Assembly (NCBI GenBank): GCA_002269645.1
Contig: NIVC01001403.1
Coordinates: 1 to 64,000 of the forward strand
Length of the DNA stretch: 64,000 bases
Source: Macrostomum lignano
Lineage: Eukaryota
Direction: 5' to 3'
Part shown: piece after piece, positions 33,512-46,227 of the stretch
Layout: each line of letters opens with the position of its first letter
Position numbering within the stretch: the stretch's first letter is position 1
The notes under the pieces: model-generated
What the model was told of the DNA's origin: nothing
Database searches by the model: none
What the model saw: the letters and a program-made list of their open reading frames with translations, nothing else
Position numbers and translations under genes: made by a program

Positions 33512-36500
33512 ATGGATGCAAGCGAACTGAACTTTGATATTCCAGGTAAGAAATGAAAATAGTGCGCGTTTTGAGTGAAAAATTTCTATTAAACTCCTGT
33601 GACACTTGCAGAAAATGTAGCTCTCTAAGAATATATTATAAAGTACATTGATAAAATATCTCATAAGAAACTGACATTTGAAATTTTTTTGAGCCATTTT
33701 CATTTTGGTTAATTTATTTTGTATTTGTTTCTTAAAAATCAACGAATTAAAGGAATTTTTCGTGATTATAGGAACTTAACGATGTTTCTTTATTGAAACT
33801 AAAAACACTTCATACACATGCTCATGACATGAAGTATAAAAAATCCATTGAAAGAACATAGGGCCTAATTTATTTATAACTGAAAATTTTTAAATTGAAT
33901 CATAAGTAAATACCAGTATATATTTCATTTTTTTCTAGTTCAAAACGAATATCACAATGGAATCTCAGCAAACTGATGACCATCTATTTTTTGCAGACTC
34001 CGGCGCAATCTTCGCATTCGGCAAAAACGTGCCAAACCGATTTTACGTCAAAAATGACAAAATCGTCTCCATGGACTGCGGCGAAGGCCACGCGGTGATG
34101 GTGGCCGCCTCCGGCCGGGTGTTTGGCTTCGGCCTGAACGACTACGGCCAGCTGGGGTTGGGCAGCAAGGCCACCCAGGCCAAGCCCTCAGTGGTCAAAC
34201 AGCTGAAAGAAGACGGCGTCAAAGCTGTGAAAGTTGCCTGCGGCCCAACGCACACGCTGGTGCTGGCAGACGACGGCATTGTCTATGGCTACGGGAACAA
34301 CTCGGACGGTCAGATCACTGGCGACGAAGCCGACTTCACGCGGCCGGTGGAGGTGGAGCAGCTGGAGAATGTTGAAGTTCGTGACCTGGCGGCGGGGCGA
34401 GCCTTCAGCTTGGCCGTTTCTAAGAAAGGTAAGTTCAAATTGCCGCAAAAATGAGCTCGAGGATTAGTTCAGAAAAACATTCAGGGGAACCCATGAATTC
34501 AGCAATACACATGAGTAATTATTGGTGGCACTTCAGGAGAGGAGATGAATCCTTCAAGAAAAGAAAGAGACACCTCGGGTAAAAATGAAGACCTCAGTAT
34601 AAGCAATGAGACCTCAGGATAATCTCTGAGCCCTCAAAATCAACTATGAGACGTCAAGATAAACTGTGAAACCTCAGCGCGTGAACTGAGACTTCAGGAT
34701 AACCAATGAGACTTCAGGATAAACTATGAGACTTTAGGATAAACTATGAGACCTCAGGATAAACAATGGGACTTCAGGATAATTATCTGAGCCCTCAGGA
34801 TCAAGTATGAGACGTCAAGATAATCGATGAGCCCTCAGGATAATTATCTGAGCCCTCAGGATAAACTATGAGACCTCAGGATAAACAATGAGACCTCAGG
34901 ATAAACAATGAGACCTCAGGATAATTATCTGAGCCCTCAGGATAAACAATGAGACCTCAGGATAAACAATGAGACCTCAGGATAAACTATGAGACCTGAG
35001 GATAAACTATGAGAACACAAGAAAAAGCCCAAGACAACTCAGGCTGATCCTCATTGATCTTCTCTCTTCCTCTGCCAGGCGAGCTGCTGGCCTGGGGCGG
35101 CAACACTGAAGGCTGTTTGGGCCAGGAAGACCCGGACCTGCCGGGCAGCCCGGACCCCATGCCGGTGCACCTGCCAGGCCGAGTGGCGGCCGTGTCTGCC
35201 GGCAGCTACCACTGCGCCTGCGTGCTGACTGACGGCCGGCTGTACGCCTGGGGCGAGACGGAGCGCGGCAAGCTGGGGATCCGCAACGCCGAGGACCAGG
35301 AATTTCTGTTCAGCCCGCAGCCGGTGCCGGTGCCCGGACGGGTGCAGATGGTGAGACTGATTGGAGCCGTTATATCAAGATTTTAAATGAGATTTTACTC
35401 TTCAAATCTTTATTCGTCTACTTTTCTCAGTAGTGTAAATTGAATCACAAAATTGAAAATAAAAATCGGTTATTTTATTTTGTTTATTTTCACAGGTGTC
35501 CTGCGGCCTTGAGCACACTCTGGTGCTGACTGAGAACGGTCGAGTGTACGTCTGCGGCAGCGGCGAGTCCGGGCAGCTGGGCCTCGGCACCGGCTGCACC
35601 TACGCGCCGACTGTGAAAGTCGTGTCCGGACTGGAGAAGCTCAAAGTAGCCTGTGAGTTGATTTAGGAATGATTGAGAGACTTCAGGAATGATTGTGAGA
35701 CTTCAGGAATGATTGTGAGACTTCAGGAATGATTGTGAGACTTCAGGAATGATCGAGAGACTTCAGGAATGATTGTGAGACTTCAGGAATGATTGAAAGA
35801 CTTCAAAAATGATTGTGAGGCTTTAGGAATGATTGTGAGACTTCAGGAATGATTGTGAGACTTCAGGAAAGATTGTGAGACTTCAGGAATGATTGTGAGA
35901 CTTCAGGAATTATTTGAGACTTCAGGAAAGATTGTGAGACTTCAGGAAAGATTGTGAGACTTCAGGAATGATTGTGAGACTTCAGGAATTATTTGAGACT
36001 TCAGGAAAGATTGTGAGACTTCAGGAATGATTTTGAGACTTCAGGAATGATTTGAGACTTCAGAGAAGACTGCGAGACTTCAGGAATGATTGTGAGACTT
36101 CAGGAATTATTTGAGACTTCAGGAAAGATTGTGAGACTTCAGGAATGATTTTGAGACTTCAGGAATGATTTGAGACTTCAGAGAAGACTGCGAGACTTCA
36201 GGAATGATTGTGAGACTTTATGAGAGAATATCTCAAACCGATAACCCCATATCGACTCTGCATCTCTGAATCACCAATCTCCAGGCGTGGCCGCAGGCGA
36301 GCGGCACTCGATGTGTGTCTGCAGCCGCACCGGCCAGCTGTACGCTTTCGGCGATCCCCAGCACGGCAAGCTGGGATTCAAGCCCGCGACCTCAGGCGGC
36401 GGGGGCGGCGGCAGTCGATACTCTTCCTCAGCTTCTGGCGGCTGCCTGTTCGAGCCCACGCTGGTGACCGCCCTGCGCCCGATCAGCGTCCAGCAGGTGG

Positions 36501-38721
36501 TCTGCGGCACCCTCCTGACCGCCGTGCTTGCCGTGCCCGCCAAGGACGCCGGCGGCGGCAGCGGGCGGAGCTCCTCGCTGGCCAGGCCGGGCTCGAGCAG
36601 CGACAACGAGGCCGACGACAAGCTGCCGGCGCTGCGCGGCCGAGCGAGCTCCCTCGGCAGGCGGGGCAGCTTCCAGGAGCTCAACAATAACAATAGCGGC
36701 ATCGGCACCTCGGCGTCTCTGGCCGACAGGCGGGTCGGCGGCGGCCGGCTGGCGCCGTTGTCGTTGAACGGCGCGGAAAGACCGGCGCCGAGCGGCTCTC
36801 TGGATCGGAGCGGCAGATTCTCGCCGTTGGCGCTGCGGGGCAGCTCAAGTCCGAGTGGGTTGGGGCGTTTCTGTGGGGTTGGCGGGTCAAGGTGGGTCAA
36901 TCTGTGGGAAGTGAAGCTTAGGGATCTGTGGGAAGAGAAGCTTAGGGATCTGTGGGAAGAGAAGCTTAGGGATCTGTGGGAAGGGAAGCTTAGGGATCTG
37001 TGGGAAGAGAAGTTTTCCAGAGCATCTTTTACGCATCCACGCATCCTAATTTCAGGGTATGGCTCCGACTCAGACGCTCTGAAGCCCTCAAAGGTAAACA
37101 CGTTTGCACACTGTATATCTCAATTAACTGCTTTTGCAGTTTTGTGCAATTGGCCAAACGGAAATTTTAGAAACTGGATCCCATCAAACAGCGAGACGGA
37201 GACCTAGCTGGCTCCAGCAGAAGACCCAGAAACTCCACAGCAGCAACCAAGGTGAGTCCACAGGGGCTCACTTTCACTCTGCCTCTCATGGCGGTTTTAA
37301 TCCCAGTTTTCCTCCATGTAGACTCCTTAAACTCCTCATCCCTTATTATTCTCCCAGTCTCCCTCCCAGTCTCCCTCCCAGTCTACCACCCAGTCTCCCT
37401 CTGAATCTCCCTCTGAATCTCCCTCTCAATCTCCCTCCCAGTCTCCCTCCCAGTCTCCCTCCCAGTCTCCCTCCCAGTCTACCACCCAGTCTCCCTCTGA
37501 ATCTCCCTCTGAATCTCCCTCTCAATCTCCCTCCCAGTCTCCCTCCCAGTCTCCCTCCCAGTCTCCCTCCCAGTCTCCCTCTGAATCTCCCTCTCAGTCT
37601 CCTTCTCAATCTCCCTCTCAGTCTCCTTCTCAGTCTCCTTCTCAGTCTCCCTCCCAGTCTCCCTCTCAGTCTCCCTCTCAGTCTCCCTCCCAGTCTCCCT
37701 CTCAGTCTGCCTCCTAGTCTCCCTCTCAGTCCGCCTCCCAGTCTCCCTCTCAGTCTCCCTCCCAGTCTCCCTCTCAGTCTCCCTCTCAGTCTCCCTCCCA
37801 GTCTCCCTCTCAGTCTGCCTCCTAGTCTCCCTCTCAGTCCGCCTCCCAGTCTCCCTCCCAGTCTCCCTCCCAGTCTCCCTCCCAGTCTCCCTCCCAGTCT
37901 CCCTCCCAGTCTTCCTCTCAGTCCGCCTCCCAGTCTGCCTCCCAGTCTCCCTCTGAGCGCCCTGCTCCTCCATCTCTCATACTTTACAGTTTGACAGTCT
38001 CCTAATGGGTCCGTCTGACTCTCAGGACTCTCAGAGCGACAATGAAGACGAAAAACGACTGAAAGGGTCCGGCAGTCGGCAGGTGAGTTATAGTTTTTGA
38101 AACCGCTCACTCAAAATAGATGCAAGCTATTCTACTGACAGTAGAAAGTAAGAAACATTAGTTTTTTCCAAAAGCGTAAAAATTGTTTGATATATCAAAA
38201 TAGGCTACTCTTAGTAGAAAGTAAGTAATATAAGCGAAATTTTCCTTTCAAAACTGCAGCGCGGCAAGCCCTCGGGTCGGCTGGGTCGCGACCAATCGCC
38301 GCCGCCTTCAAGCCGCGCCGCCGGCCGTTCCGGTGGCCGCGGCGGATCGAAGCCACTGAAGCCGATCGGCCACTCGGATGAAGACGAGGAGAACAGCGAC
38401 AAAGACTTTGGCAGAGGCCGAGCCGGCCGAGGCGGCCGCAAAGACGGCAACAACAAGATCAAAGACGCCGCCGACAGTCGACGAAAGACGCGCGGCCGCG
38501 CACTGTCAAGGTCAGAGGATGAGGATGACGAGACAGATGAAGAGAACGACCGGCGGCTGACTTCGCCCTCGCGACGGCGTCGAATGTCCAGCGAAGGCAA
38601 GGAGCCGGCTGGTCGGAGGGACAGCAGAGAAGGCGACAGCGGTGTTGCCAAGGGCATCGGCTGCGGTCGCGGAGGCAGGTCGGGCGGCGATGGCAAAACC
38701 AGATCGTGCCAGGTCCTGTGA
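33512..38721 (+). CDS. RPGR: RPGR orthologue (RCC1-like propeller, low-complexity tail, CaaX), 9 exons
   Basis: Exons: 33512-33545, 33997-34428, 35079-35350, 35496-35652, 36285-36854, 37056-37093, 37171-37251, 37990-38082, 38260-38721. N-terminus MDASELNFDIPDSGAIFAFGK..FYVKND..CGEGH..GLNDYGQLGLGSK matches RPGR. Ends SCQVL* (prenylation motif). Exons 6-8 are less certain. Confidence 0.88.
34590..35015. repeat. 20-bp minisatellite (gagacctcaggataaacaat), RPGR intron 2
   Basis: Direct reading. Confidence 0.88.
35660..36220. repeat. 20-bp minisatellite (gagacttcaggaatgattgt), RPGR intron 4
   Basis: Direct reading. Confidence 0.9.
36913..37010. repeat. 24-bp repeat (gaagcttagggatctgtgggaaga) x4, RPGR intron 5
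   Basis: Direct reading. Confidence 0.85.
37352..37955. repeat. 12-bp pyrimidine-rich repeat (cagtctccctc[c/t]), RPGR intron 7
   Basis: Direct reading. Confidence 0.92.
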
Positions 38722-39674
38722 CTGAGTGCAGTTTAAAATGGGACTGGGAAGGCCAGATGCCCAGGGCAGCCTGTAGCCCGGCGCTCCGAGCGTTTCTGTT
38801 CCAAGTTTGACCCGACGCGAGTTCGAATCCTGGCAGCTTAGTAATAGTAGAAACCATGGGATTAATTTGAATTATTTGATTGCCCTACTAATAGTAGCTT
38901 ATTAGTAGACGCGAGTTTGAATCTCAATAGCAATCAAAAAATTGAAAAGATAATCATTTCAAATGCTCGATTGCCTTACTAATAGTAGTTTTCCGAAATT
39001 AGTAGATTTGGATTGTAAAAACCTTAAAGGAAATGAAAATATCTACTTTGAAGCAGTGTGCAGACACAGATTTAAATTTAAATTATTCAAATCCCCAAGC
39101 CTAAAGGCGAACTCTGGTTGCAATATTTTACATTTATAACTTTCTTATATGCATATTCTAATCTTTCCGCTACCAGTAGGCAGTTTTGCGTTTTGCAAAA
39201 AATCCACTATAACCCGCGACTCTCTTTAAGTAGCTCTGCCTACCTATTCAAACTTGACGATGAATTTTTTATGATTTCAGATTTCAGTGCAAAAAAGTCA
39301 CGCCAGACTCGAGCAATTTTGATTTAGATTTATATTTTTGTTTCTTACGACAATTACTCGCTGACTTCCTTGGTCTGACATATATTGTTGTTCGACACAA
39401 GTTTCACTCGCAATATTTTGGTGAGGCGGCCTGCCGACCTGCGATATCCAATGCCTCTAGTCGTGCCCTCTTTAAAGCTGCCACGTCTGTTTACTCAGTC
39501 GATAATCTTTTCGCAATATTTAATTTTAAAACGAGACTTTGTCATATGATTGAATATTTTTAATATATTATCATTATATAATTGTTGAGACAGCAGAGAT
39601 GCTGCCGTATACACCTCTACCTGCCTGCCTTCTGGCACCTGCAACTGAGAAAGCTGTGTTTCATTCAGCTTATT

Positions 39675-40808
39675 TTTGCATTGCAGTGTGTGGGGTTTGC
39701 ATTGCAGTGTGTGGGGTTTTCATTGCAGTGTGTGGGGTTTTCATTGCAGTGTGTGGGGTTTGTGTTGCAGTGTGTGGGGTTTGTGTTGCAGTGTGTGGGG
39801 TTTGTGTTGCAGTGTGTGGGGTTTGTGTTGCAGTGTGTGGGGTTTTCATTGCAGTGTGTGGGGTTTTCATTGCAGTGTGTGGGGTTTGTGTTGCAGTGTG
39901 TGGGGTTTGTGTTGCAGTTTGTGGGGTTTGTGTTGCAGTGTGTGGGGTTTGTGTTGCAGTGTGTGGGGTTTGTGTTGCAGTGTGTGGGGTTTGTATTGCA
40001 GTGTGGGGTTTGTGTTGCAGTGTGTGGGGTTTGCATTGCAGGGTGTGGGGTTTGTGTTGCAGTGTGTGGGGTTTGTGTTGCAGTTTGTGGGGCTTGAGTT
40101 GCAGTGTGTGGGGTTTGTGTTGCAGTGTGTGGGGTTTGTGTTGCAGTGTGTGGGGTTTGTATTGCAGTGTGGGGTTTGTGTTGCAGTGTGTGGGGTTTGC
40201 ATTGCAGTGTGTGGGGTTTGAGTTGCAGTGTGTGGGGTTTGTGTTGCAGTGTGTGGGGTTTGTGTTGCAGTGTGTGGGGTTTGTGTTGCAGTGTGTGGGG
40301 TTTGTGTTGCAGTGTGTGGGGTTTGTGTTGCAGTGTGTGGGGTTTGTGTTGCAGTGTGTGGGGTTTGCATTGCAGTGTGTGGGGTTTGTGTTGCAGTGTG
40401 TGGGGTTTGTGTTGCAGTGTGTGGGGTTTGTGTTGCAGTGTGTGGGGTTTGCATTGCAGTGTGTGGGGTTTTCATTGCAGTGTGTGGGGTTTGCATTGCA
40501 GTGTGTGGGGTTTGTGTTGCAGTGTGTGGGGTTTGTGTTGCAGGGTGTGGGGTTTGTGTTGCAGTGTGTGGGGTTTGTGTTGCAGTGTGTGGGGTTTGTG
40601 TTGCAGTGTGTGGGGTTTGTGTTGCAGTGTGTGGGGTTTGTGTTGCAGTGTGTGGGGTTTGAGTTGCAGTGTGTGGGGTTTGTGTTGCAGGGTGTGGTGT
40701 TTGAGTTGCAGTGTGTGGGGTTTGTATTGCAGTGTGTGGGGTTTTGTGTTGCAGTGTGTGGGGTTTGTGTTGCAGTGTGTGGGGTTTGTGTTGCAGTGTG
40801 TGGGGTTT
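39675..40808. repeat. 21-bp minisatellite (tgtgttgcagtgtgtggggtt)
   Basis: Direct reading; source of the LQCVGFV-type ORFs. Confidence 0.94.
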
Positions 40809-41101
40809 TACATATAGATCCAATATTCATAATCAACTTGGGTTTGTACTAAAGTAAACGGAAGTGGTTTCAGGAAGATATGCCACAGAGACCCTGTGCA
40901 ATCAGAAAGCACTCTGACCAATTTAAAGCGGCAATGTGGAACCCATTCCAGGTTAGCGGACCCATTCCACTAGCATTCGTGCTCCTCTTATCGCGCTTTA
41001 ACGAGTAGTCCTCTCGCTAGATGCCAGGCACATTTTCAGTGAGCACATCAGTCGCATAAACCCTGTACAACCCCATATAGCTACTGACTGTTTTTTTTTT
41101 C

Positions 41102-41115
41102 GTTTCCATGGAAAC
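41102..41115. promoter_or_regulatory. Perfect palindromic RFX X-box GTTTCCATGGAAAC
   Basis: Exact match to the GTHNYY-AT-RRNAAC consensus; followed by a GGG|GTAAGG donor at 41192. Confidence 0.55.
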
Positions 41116-41359
41116 ACGCAGCATCAATTTATTTGAACGAGTCAGCAGACAATTACCCGATGCAGTTTCGCAAGAGTGATTGGCACATGGGGTAAGGAAA
41201 TCTGATCTTTCATCGCATTGCAAATGCTTTGCAGTTGCAGTTTCCAGAAATAGAAAGCACCATTCATGTCAGCTCTCTCAGTCCCGTTAATCCGTTCGGT
41301 GCATGCAGCGTCGCATAAATTTGTTCAGGCCTGCCTCTGCTGCCTCTCGATTATATTGA

Positions 41360-41905
<546 letters not shown>

Positions 41906-42179
41906 GTTAAGAATTCGTGCACTTCTGCACGTCAGTGTCAAAGCATCTGCTCACTTCCCGGCTTAGTGCAGATCTTGCCTCAGCTCAGCGCGGCACTGAG
42001 TTTACAAACCCAAGCACAGAACCCGACACCTTCAATTAAACACAAATCGACCTGAATTTTGCTTTTTTAGTGAGACAGAAGTTTCTAAAAGGCTGCATCG
42101 TCATTTCAATCGATAGCGTTGACTGCCCCTCTGCATCTCTCTCTCTCTGGCATCCCCATCATTCACTTTCTCTACTATC

Positions 42180-42865
42180 TCCCACCTCCCTCTCCCATCC
42201 CTCTCTCCCACTACCCTCTCCCATCCCTCTCTCCCATCTCCCTCTCCCATCTCTCTCTCCCACCTCCCTCTCCCATCTCTCTCTCCCATCTCCCTCTCCC
42301 ATCTTCCATCTCCCTCTCCCATCTCCCATCTCCCTCTCCCATCTCACTCTCCCACCTCCCTCTCCCATCTCACTCTCCCACCTCCCTCTCCCATCTCTCT
42401 CTCCATCTCTCTCTCCCATCCCTCTCTCTCATCTCCCTCTCCCATCTCTCTCTCCCATCTCTCTCTCCCATCTCCCTCTCCCACCTCCCTCTCCCTCTCC
42501 CATCTCCCATCTCCCTCTCCCATCTTCCATCTCCCTCTCCCATCTCCCATCGCCCTCTCCCATCTCCCAACTCCCTCTTCCACCTCCCTCTCCCATCTCT
42601 TATCTCCCTCTCCCACCTCCCTCTCCCATCTCCCATCTCCCTCTCCCATCTCCCATCTCCCACTCCCATCTCCCATCTCCCACTCCCATCTCCCATCTCC
42701 CTCTCCCATCTCCCATCTCCCTCTCCCATCTCCCACCTCCCTCTCCCATCTCCCATCTCCCTCTCCCATCTCCCATCTCCCTCTCCCATTTCTCACCTCC
42801 CTCTCCCATCTCCCTCTCCCATCTCCCATCTCCCTCAATCTCTTATCTCCCTCTCCCATCTCTCT
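42180..42865. repeat. Polypyrimidine low-complexity repeat (ctccctctcccat variants)
   Basis: Direct reading. Confidence 0.9.
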
Positions 42866-43399
42866 CATTGCGGGGCTTTATTTTGTCCTACTTCTGCGCA
42901 TCAGTGCTGGCACAGAGCTCAGTGCATCGCTGCAAGCATCGGGACACTCTCATCTTCTGCTCAGCGTACAGCTCAGACTGAGACAGACAGTGCGAAAAGA
43001 AGCTGGGGAGGGGAGATGGGGCAAGAGGAATGGAATCAAACAGATTCGAGCTCTCTTCGAGTTCGCGGGCTCTGATCCCCCCGACCCTGCCATCCGGTTT
43101 GGAAAACGAGGAAGAAAAACAAGGGGGAGAGAGAGACAGGTGAGAACCTGGCCCGCACGACTCGAATCTAACTGGGATTGGCTAGACTGAGGTGAGCTGC
43201 AGCCGCATACAGCACAGGTGGTAGTATATATCACTATTTAACAGTGCAGTCTCATCATATTATTAAGCCTGCCGAATACTACAAGAGATCATCTATAATT
43301 CATTTATAATTCATTTCATATCTATTCGAATCGGTAAGCTTAATTACATTTTTATTACTTAGGTGCCTTTTTGCAATTATACGAGTTCACAATGGGAAT

Positions 43400-44265
43400 T
43401 GTGAAGCTGGGGATTGTGAATCTGGGGGATTGTGAATCTGAGGGCATTGTGAATCTGGGAATTGTAAATCTGGGAGATTGTGAATCTGAGGGCATTGTGA
43501 ATCTGGAGGATTGTGAATCTGGGGATTGTGAATCTGGGGGATTGTGAATCTGGGGGATTGTGAATCTGGGAATTGTGAATCTGGGGCATTGTGAATCTGG
43601 AGGCATGGTGAATCTGGAGGCATGGTGAATCTGGGGGAATTGTGAATCTTGGGGATTGTGAATCTGGGGCATTGTGAATCTGGAGGGATAGTGAATCTAG
43701 GGCATTGTGAATCTGGGGGGTGTGAATCTGGGGCATTGCGAATCTGGAGGGATAGTGAATCTAGGGCATTGTGATCCTGGGGGTGTGAATCTGGGGCATT
43801 GTGAATCTGGAGGGATAGTGAATCTAGGGCATTGTGAAACTGGGGGTGTGAATCTGGGGGACTGTGAATCTGGGGCATTGTGAATCTGGGGACATTGTGA
43901 ATCTGGGGGATTGTGAATCTGGGGGGATTGTGAATCTGGTGGATTGTGAATCTGAGGGCATTGTGAATCTGGGGGGGTTGTGAATCTGGGGGGGGTTGTG
44001 AATCTGTGGGATTGTGAATCTGGGGGATTGTAAAGCTGGGGATTGTGAATATGGGGGATTGTGAATCTAGGAGATTGTGAATCCGGTGGGATTGTGAATC
44101 TAGGGGGATTGTGAATCTGGGGGATTGTGAATCTGGGGGGGATTGTGAATCTGGGGGGATTGTGAATCTGGGGGGATTGTGAATCTGGGGGATTGTGAAT
44201 CTTGGGGGATTGTGAATCTGATGATTGTGAAGCTGAGGGATTGTGAAGCTTGGGGATTGTGAAGA
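43400..44265. repeat. 15-16-bp minisatellite (ggggattgtgaatct), PLAC8 unit 1 5' intron
   Basis: Direct reading. Confidence 0.92.
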
Positions 44266-44464
44266 TTTAAGGAATATTTAAATTATAAGAAGACAATCTA
44301 ACCGTCTTTCTAATCTCAGTATATCTGATACTCGGTACGTAGGATCTTCTTTGGGAAGTAAACGGTTGCATTTCTTCAGTCGCATTAGTCAGCCGAAGCA
44401 GCTAAGTCAAAAAGATTTTCCAACCTAAATATGCTGCCTCCTACCCGGCTGTCAGTCCGCAGTG

Positions 44465-44914
44465 ATGCAGCCTCAAGGGGTGCACCCGGTGATGTCCCAG
44501 CCGCAGCCGTACGCCATGTACCCGTCTGCGCCACCCGCCGCCCCGGTGGTTGGCCAGCAGCCGGTGCCACTGCAGCATCCGCCGCAGCAGCGCCAGTGGA
44601 ACTCCGGCCTGTGCAGCTGCTTTGAAGACGTTGGCGGCTGCTGCCTGACCTACTTCTGCGGCCCCTGCGAGCTCTGCTGCTGCGTCTCGGAGCGCATGGG
44701 CGAGCAGTGCTGCACCCCGATCTGTCTGGGCTGCCTGGGCAGCTCCGTGACTCTCATCGCCTACCGAGTGAAGCTGAGGGCCAGGTACAACATCCAGGGC
44801 AGCATCTTGGACGACTGTTGCACCACGGTGTGCTGCGCCAGCTGCATGCAGTGTCAGCTCAAGAGGGAGCTGAACTACATTGAGAACCAGCTGGGTTACA
44901 AGCCGGCTTTTTGA
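44465..44914 (+). CDS. PLAC8/cornifelin-like cysteine-rich protein, copy 1 (149 aa, single coding exon)
   Basis: P/Q/Y-rich N-terminus, QWNSGLCSCFEDVGGCCLTYFCGPC, RAR YNIQGSILDDCC..CCASC..CQLKREL (PLAC8 domain). Confidence 0.92.
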   Translation: MQPQGVHPVMSQPQPYAMYPSAPPAAPVVGQQPVPLQHPPQQRQWNSGLCSCFEDVGGCCLTYFCGPCELCCCVSERMGEQCCTPICLGCLGSSVTLIAYRVKLRARYNIQGSILDDCCTTVCCASCMQCQLKRELNYIENQLGYKPAF

Positions 44915-45029
44915 GAACTGAGAACTTGAGAACTTGAGACCTTGGGAACTTGAGAACTTGAGAACTAGGGATTTATTGGCGACTGGGGTGGCACGCGCTT
45001 TGGAGTGTGGGCGTCTGTGGTAGGGAGCT

Positions 45030-45735
45030 GTGGGTGTCTATGGTAGGGAGCTGCTGGTGTCTATGGTAGGGAGCTACTGGTGTCTATGGTAGGGAGCTGC
45101 TGGTGTCTATGGTAGAGAGCTGCGGGTGTCTATGGTAGGGAGCTACTGGTGTCTATGGTAGGGAGCTACTGGTGTCTATGGTAGGGAGCTACTGGTGTCT
45201 ATGGTAGGGAGCTACTGGTGTTTATGGTAGGGAGCTACTGGTGTTTATGGTAGGGAGCTACTGGTGTCTATGGTAGGGAGCTGCTGGTGTCTATGGTAGG
45301 GAGCTACTGGTGTTTATGGTAGGGAGCTACTGGTGTCTATGGTAGGGAGCTACTGGTGTTTATGGTAGGGAGCTACTGGTGTCTATGGTAGGGAGCTACT
45401 GGTGTTTATGGTAGGGAGCTACTGGTGTCTATGGTAGGGAGCTACTGGTGTCTATGGTAGGGAGCTGCTGGTGTCTATGGTAGAGAGCTGCGGGTGTCTA
45501 TGGTAGGGAGCTACTGGTGTTTATGGTAGGGAGCTACTGGTGTTTATGGTAGGGAGCTACTGGTGTCTATGGTAGGGAGCTGCTGGTGTCTATGGTAGGG
45601 AGCTACTGGTGTCTATGGTAGGGAGCTACTGGTGTCTATGGTAGGGAGCTACTGGTGTTTATGGTAGGGAGCTACTGGTGTTTATGGTAGGGAGCTACTG
45701 GTGTCTATGGTAGGGAGCTGTGGGGTGTCTATGGT
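45030..45735. repeat. 23-bp minisatellite (gtctatggtagggagctactggt), 3' of copy 1
   Basis: Direct reading. Confidence 0.92.
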
Positions 45736-46227
45736 AGAGATTTCATCTATGTGAATTTTAATTTTGCATCCCGTGAAGTGAAAGCTATTGCTCTCGAAAC
45801 TATTTAATATTGATGTCGTTCCCTTGATACTACTAACAGCTTTATGTTCTTAACGCTGTCACCTTCATGTAAGTTAAGATAGAGTTTAGTAATTTTTTTA
45901 TACATGTGCACGAAACATTTCTTCTTAACTTGTATACTATCTTGCCTTTATCTGAAATTGTTTATCGAAAACTCTCCCTTCTTTGAAACCGGATCTAAAC
46001 GTCATTTGTTTAATACCTTTCAAGCTACAAAGCAACTCTTTAAATTTGAAGGAATACTTTTTCTAATTTTCTACTTTCTCTTCTATCGTAATACAAGATA
46101 AAAAGGAATTGATATTCAACTTTAAGTTATTCTTTTAATTCAGCAAGTAAAGCACAATAAAACGCACTATCTGAGCATATTTCCACCTAATACTGAATGT
46201 CGAATATTTTTTTTTTCAGCTACAAGT

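Noticed and set aside
33957-33996. ATG at 33957 as the RPGR start
   Set aside because: A strong acceptor at 33996 and an upstream phase-1 exon (33512-33545) give the conserved DIPDSGA N-terminus.
36913-37010. TTAGGG as interstitial telomere repeat
   Set aside because: A single hexamer inside a 24-bp unit, not tandem.
37346-38110. Minus-strand E/G/R-rich ORFs as a true RPGR ORF15 homologue
   Set aside because: The purine-rich strand is antisense to RPGR, so it cannot be part of the RPGR mRNA.
44396-44410. gcagctaagtcaa matching the LINE 3' tail
   Set aside because: The region aligns colinearly with units 2-4 without an insertion; probably a chance 13-mer.
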